Source: a virus (Duplodnaviria; Caudoviricetes). From it: DNA of 41,313 bases. The position numbers were made by a program, and so were the translations under genes. The notes under the pieces were generated by a model. It saw only the letters and a program-made list of their open reading frames with translations, was not told where the DNA came from and did no database searches. Numbering within the stretch: position 1 is the first letter of the stretch; every line of letters starts with the position of its first letter. Location: the IMG/VR virus record IMGVR_UViG_3300048852_000102, positions 1 through 41,313 of that record, one strand, 5' to 3'. This document shows positions 37,321 to 41,313 of the stretch, piece after piece.

Positions 37321-37724
37321 TTAATCTATTGGGGGATTAATTTGTGCGATGTTTTTCGCTGTAGCAATACGCTCGCAGGCCTTGATGCGGTGCCGGTCGA
37401 ACGTGGCGCGCGACCATCGGATGCGACGGCAGAACTCGGCGATCGATCCGCCGATCTCCCCGTGCGTGGCCATGGCCTCTGCCCAGAGGAGCACGACCTG
37501 CCGGTCTTCGCTCTTGTCGCCCAGCACGGCGCCCGAGAAGGCGGCGATGTCGAACGTTGCGTCCGGCACGTCGCCGGTTGCCGCCTGCAGAGTGTTACCG
37601 TGCGGAGCGTAGATCGGGGTCGAGGGCATCGCGCGAAAGGCCGCCTTCAGCCACAGTTCGACGTCGGCGCGCGTCCACGGGACGGCGGGTCGAGGCGGGG
37701 CTGGTCCCTCCGGGGGGCGAGCAT
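37321..37724 (-). pseudogene. DUF6362-like / sigma-region-4-like HTH protein, probable 5' frameshift
   Basis: WTRADVELWLKAAF...VLLWAEA...FCRRIRWSRATFDRHRIKACERIA; ATG at 37724 is out of frame across a C6 run. Confidence 0.5.
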
Positions 37725-37743
37725 CACGCTCCGGGTACGCTAC

Positions 37744-38180
37744 TCACCCGGCCGCCTTCCGCACAGCCCGCGCGCCTGGCTGTCCGAGACCGAATCCTTT
37801 GGCCAACCCCGCACGCTGGGCCGAGTAGTTCGGTGCCGTCATCGGATAACCGGCCGGCTGGCCGTAGCGCTCGCAGTAGGAACGCGGGGTAAGGCCGTGC
37901 ACCGCGAGGTGCCGCTTCAGCGTCTTGTATGGCTTCCCATCAAAAAAAGAAATCAAAGCGTCCGGCGTGATCGACTTGCGGATTCGAGCAGGCGTTGCCA
38001 TCGCAACATCGACGTCCTCGGCAGTACGTGCAGCCAGCGCTCCCCCAAGCCTAGAAGGCGCAGCATGAACACTTATAATTTAGCCGGGGAGGACCCTGAG
38101 TGGCCGCAAATTTTTGCTACCGTAAGCGGAAACGATAACTGCGGCGAGTCGCCTCTGACGGTTTTGTGATAAATTGGCAT
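37744..38180 (-). pseudogene. mucR: MucR/Ros family regulator, degraded
   Basis: LAAVIVSAY..N..LPG*IISVHAA (stop at 38080), then IRKSITPDALISFFDGKPYKTLKRHL, YPMTAPNYS. Confidence 0.85.
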
Positions 38181-38189
38181 TTAACTTTC

Positions 38190-38578
38190 TGTCCGACGAG
38201 GTGGTCGCGGGCCGGCGGTCGACGATGACTGAGCCGCGGCGTTCGAGGTGGATCTCGCGCTCGCAGAGGGCGATGCAGCGGAGCGGGTTGATCGTAACGA
38301 GTGCGCCCGTGCTATCGGACCGCATGGCGCCAGCCCCGCGGTGGACACCGAACAGCGCCTCGGTGGTCTAGCCGAGATCCGCGGCGTGCTCGCCCCATTC
38401 GTCGAGGAAGCGGCGCATCGCATTGCGGACCTCGCGCCAGCCCCCTCGCGGCCGTTCTCTCCGGGCAGCGGCAAATCATGCCGGGGCAGGGCACGCGGTC
38501 GTCCGGCAGGCTGAGCACGCCAGCCCGCCAGGACGCGACGAGGCACGCGGAATCGGGGAGGGCGAGGGCGGCGGTCAC
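38190..38578 (-). pseudogene. Conserved phage hypothetical protein, degraded
   Basis: PCPG... then FLDEWGEHAADLG*TTEALFGVH in another frame (TAG at 38368-38370). Confidence 0.5.
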
Positions 38579-38592
38579 GCGGTCCCTTGCCT

Positions 38593-39330
38593 CTACGCCG
38601 GCGCCTTCGTCTTGATCCGCGCGGCGAGCTGCACGAGCGACCCGACAGCGGCCTCGCGGAACTGCGCTCCCATCTCGTGCAGCGCATCCTCACGGGCAGC
38701 CGCTAGCGCTTCGGGAGACGAGTGAGGACGACCGGCCTCCGCCTCGCCTCCCCGGTTCAGCCAGGACGCCGCAGCCGCCGTGACCTTGGCTTGTTCTTCC
38801 TCTGTCGGGACATGGGCGACACCGGAGCCGAGCAAGCGGTCGAGCCAGATCGTCGCTGCAACGTCGTCGTTGACGCTGGCACGGATCTCGGCCCGAAACT
38901 CCACCGTGGTCGGACGGCATCGGCGGTTCCAAGGGAGGATCGTCTCGCCGCTGCGGAAGCGCTCAGCCTTCGCACGGATCGCCCAGAAGGGGAGCCCCTC
39001 GACGGCCTTCGCATACTGCCCGTCGAGCCAGTCGATAGCCTCGTCGCTGGGCCCTTGGCCGATATCGAAGCAGGCCAGCAGGGCGCTGACCACGCCTTCG
39101 ACGTGCTTTCGGTCCGTGCACGGAGCCAGCCTGCGCTCCAGGAGCCTTCGCTCGCCGGTAATCTGCTGCCGCCTTGTGGTCGTGACTGCCTTGTGCGGTG
39201 GCACGCAGTAGGCCGTCGGATGGCCGGGCACCGGCTCCAGATACCCACGGCACTCCTCGATCAGAGCCTCGGCGTGCGTGCGGATAATCGCGACCGACTG
39301 AGGGGCGTTCGGCTGAACCATGTTCGGCAT
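38593..39330 (-). CDS. Replication-module protein (helicase-loader position)
   Basis: YAKAVEGLPFWAI...F..G...RPTTVEF; directly follows the initiator; GGAGGG RBS. Confidence 0.55.
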   Translation of the reverse strand: MPNMVQPNAPQSVAIIRTHAEALIEECRGYLEPVPGHPTAYCVPPHKAVTTTRRQQITGERRLLERRLAPCTDRKHVEGVVSALLACFDIGQGPSDEAIDWLDGQYAKAVEGLPFWAIRAKAERFRSGETILPWNRRCRPTTVEFRAEIRASVNDDVAATIWLDRLLGSGVAHVPTEEEQAKVTAAAASWLNRGGEAEAGRPHSSPEALAAAREDALHEMGAQFREAAVGSLVQLAARIKTKAPA

Positions 39331-40002
39331 TAGCACCCTCCTCGACGTGATCTTCGGCAAGTCGCAACAGCTTGGCAGCGCGTCCGGTTAGTGGCGGGCC
39401 ATATCGGCGGCAACGGCCGCCGCTCGGTCCGCCCGGCGGAGGGTCGCAGTCGTGGTCACGGTCCCGTCGCAGCTGGAGTTGCGAGGCGACCCATGACGCG
39501 AAGTCGAAGAGCTGGCGTCCGTTGGCATCCTCGATCGTCGCCAAGACGATCACTGCCTCGTCGCGAGCGATCCCGAGCCAGTGCGCGATCAGCGCGCGGG
39601 CCGAGTCCTTCGACCGGCCGGTGTTCGAGCAGACCAAATCAACCCCTCGGGTAAGCAGGGCGCGCCGCACCGTGCTGCCCGTCTCGCTGCCTTACTCGCC
39701 AGCGGCGTCCGCCGCTGACCCGTCAGGGCCGGAACCGGGGCGGGGGAGGGATAATGGATGGCGGTTGGGGTGTCGGGGGGGCGACCATCAAGGGTGGGGG
39801 CGGGGGTGTCATAGGCGTCAGGCGTGACATTGCGTGACTTCTCCAGGTCCCGCTGACGGCGCTTCGGCTCCGCCGCCCCCACCCGGCGCTTGGCCGCCTT
39901 ATCCTCCTCGACCTGTGCGTTGGCCTTGATGAGCGCGAGCAACTGCTCCCGCGGCAGGCCGACGGCCTCCATGGCCAGGATCTGCGCATGGGTGAAGCTC
40001 AT
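39330..40002 (-). pseudogene. Replication initiator-like protein, frameshifted and with a stop
   Basis: AMEAVGLPREQLLALIK..KRR..KRRQR..SRNVT; C-part ARALIAHWL..FASWV lies in another frame after a TAA. Confidence 0.55.
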
Positions 40003-40415
40003 GGCTGCATCTCGGGCTTGCGCTCCATGAACTGAAGCACCTCATCGGCGCAGTTCGCCGGGTCGCGCCAGATCTTGGAGTCCGTGAAGGGGAAAATTGG
40101 CAGGCCTTAGTACTGAGCGAGGCGATCGCGAGAACGGTCGCGGGCTGCCTGTGCCTTGGTCCGCCCATGGAAATCGTGCCGGTCGCATTCCACGATGAGG
40201 CGATTGAGTTTCGACTCGACGGAGGCGCTATCCGGATAGTGGATCAGAAAATCGACCCTCCAGCCGGCGATCAGCACCTGTGGCTCGACGTAGGCGAACA
40301 TGCGGAAAGCGCCCCGAGCGGTCTCCTCGCCGACAGCCTGCTCCAAAGCGAATCGCTCGCGGATCCGGAGCAGATCATCGAGCGCGCGGTATTGAGTCGC
40401 CGATGAGAAGCTCGT
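39999..40415 (-). pseudogene. DUF559/Vsr-like endonuclease fragment
   Basis: QVLIAGWRVDFL..LIVECD.HDFH..RDRSRDR..*GLPIFPFT.SKIW; stop at 40107; 5' end missing. Confidence 0.75.
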
Positions 40416-40421
40416 CGCTAG

Positions 40422-41313
40422 GGGTTCACCCCGAAGACGGTTCGGCTGTTCGGAAAGTGGCCTTCGCAGGAAATCGCCTCGCGCTGCGCGATCCTACAGG
40501 CCGAGATGTTGGAGTGGGCTGCGGGCCGCGAGCCGGGTCGCAACGCCTTCGCACTCGGCACCATCGGCTGGATCTGCCGTGCCTTCGAGACCGCCCCGAT
40601 TCGCCCATCCATGAGCGTCGCCGCGACAGCCACGTCTTCTACAGCAAATACATCCGTCACCTGGTAGAGGCCGCTGTCGATGAGCACATGGCCGACATAA
40701 CTGGCCGGGATGTACGCCGATTGCATCGCGGCTGGATGGCGTATCTCGGCGAGCGCAGCGCCTACGCCTGCATCCAGACGCTTCGTCGAGTCGTGAATAA
40801 TGGCTGCGAGCTTCGGGACCGCAACGCGACCGAGTTGGCGACTGTGCTGACGAAGACGACGTTCCGGCAGCTGCGTACGCGAAAGCTCCGGCCGAGCCAC
40901 GAGATGATGTCGCCTTGCGCGCCGCCGCTCACGAAGCGGGGCGGCCGAGCATCGCACTCGCGGTGACGCTCCAGTTCGAGCTAAGACTTCGCCAGAAAGA
41001 TGTCATCGGTGAGTGGGACCGTCCGGACGCTGAGGCACGAGCCCGAATCACCGGGGCCAACACGGACGGAGCGTGCGTATGGGACTGGGGCCTCGTCTGG
41101 AACCACATCGACGGAACGATCCTGCGCAAGTCGACGTCGAAGTCGAACGGCAACGAGGTCTCCGAGCACGATCTCAGCCACTACCCCGAGCTACTCTCCG
41201 AGAAACCACCGCGCGGCCTTGGGCCCTTGGTTCTCGATGAGCGGTCTGGGCTGCCGTGGCGACGATCGCACTTCAGTCGCACCTTCCGTGAGATCGCCCG
41301 CGCCTCTGATTAG
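40422..41313 (+). pseudogene. int: Tyrosine integrase, degraded (5' deletion, two frameshifts, stop at 41311)
   Basis: GFTPKTVRL..RCAILQAEMLEW / PDSP..LRRVV..G / LAVTLQFELRLRQKDVIGEW, TSK, GPLVLDE.SGLPW. Confidence 0.75.

Larger units (their letters stand above)
6917..41313. mobile_element. Defective P22-like prophage B with accessory region (left boundary uncertain between 6917 and 15130)
   Basis: Order int-replication-late regulator-terS-terL-portal-ejection-fibre-lysis-cargo, with many lesions. Confidence 0.8.

Noticed and set aside
30740-38370. Amber recoding (TAG at Trp positions in terL and at 38368)
   Set aside because: Simple TGG-to-TAG transitions. TAG ends normal genes here (8558, 11281), and TAA nonsense and frameshifts are also present.

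Overview
High-GC alphaproteobacterial DNA. Gene families, a GAAC-N7-GAAC LexA box, EcfG-type promoters and a MucR homologue point to Methylobacterium/Hyphomicrobiales (inference). The window is almost entirely two adjacent decayed prophages in the same orientation. Prophage A remnant (1-~6916) has replication genes, early accessory genes (DUF5131, a kinase-like protein, a truncated HAD phosphatase), a misplaced signal-peptide tailspike-like gene, xis, a frameshifted integrase and the 3' half of tRNA-Val(TAC) as att site. Prophage B (~6917 to >41313) is podovirus/P22-like and reads mostly on the minus strand. It has a broken integrase, replication genes, MucR, two candidate late regulators, a Cre-like resolvase with its own 11-6-11 site, terS, broken terL, portal, deletion-fused scaffold/ejection/tail-fibre genes and a lysis cassette, followed by an accessory region with umuDC, Crp/Fnr, XRE and receiver-domain genes. 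Core phage genes carry nonsense, frameshift and deletion lesions, whereas cargo genes (RTX protein, PAS hybrid kinase, FkbM methyltransferase) are intact. The most notable non-annotated structure is a duplicated bipartite late-promoter element, each copy followed by a terminator, which suggests a Q/GafZ-like antitermination system. All family calls are by motif recognition, not database search.
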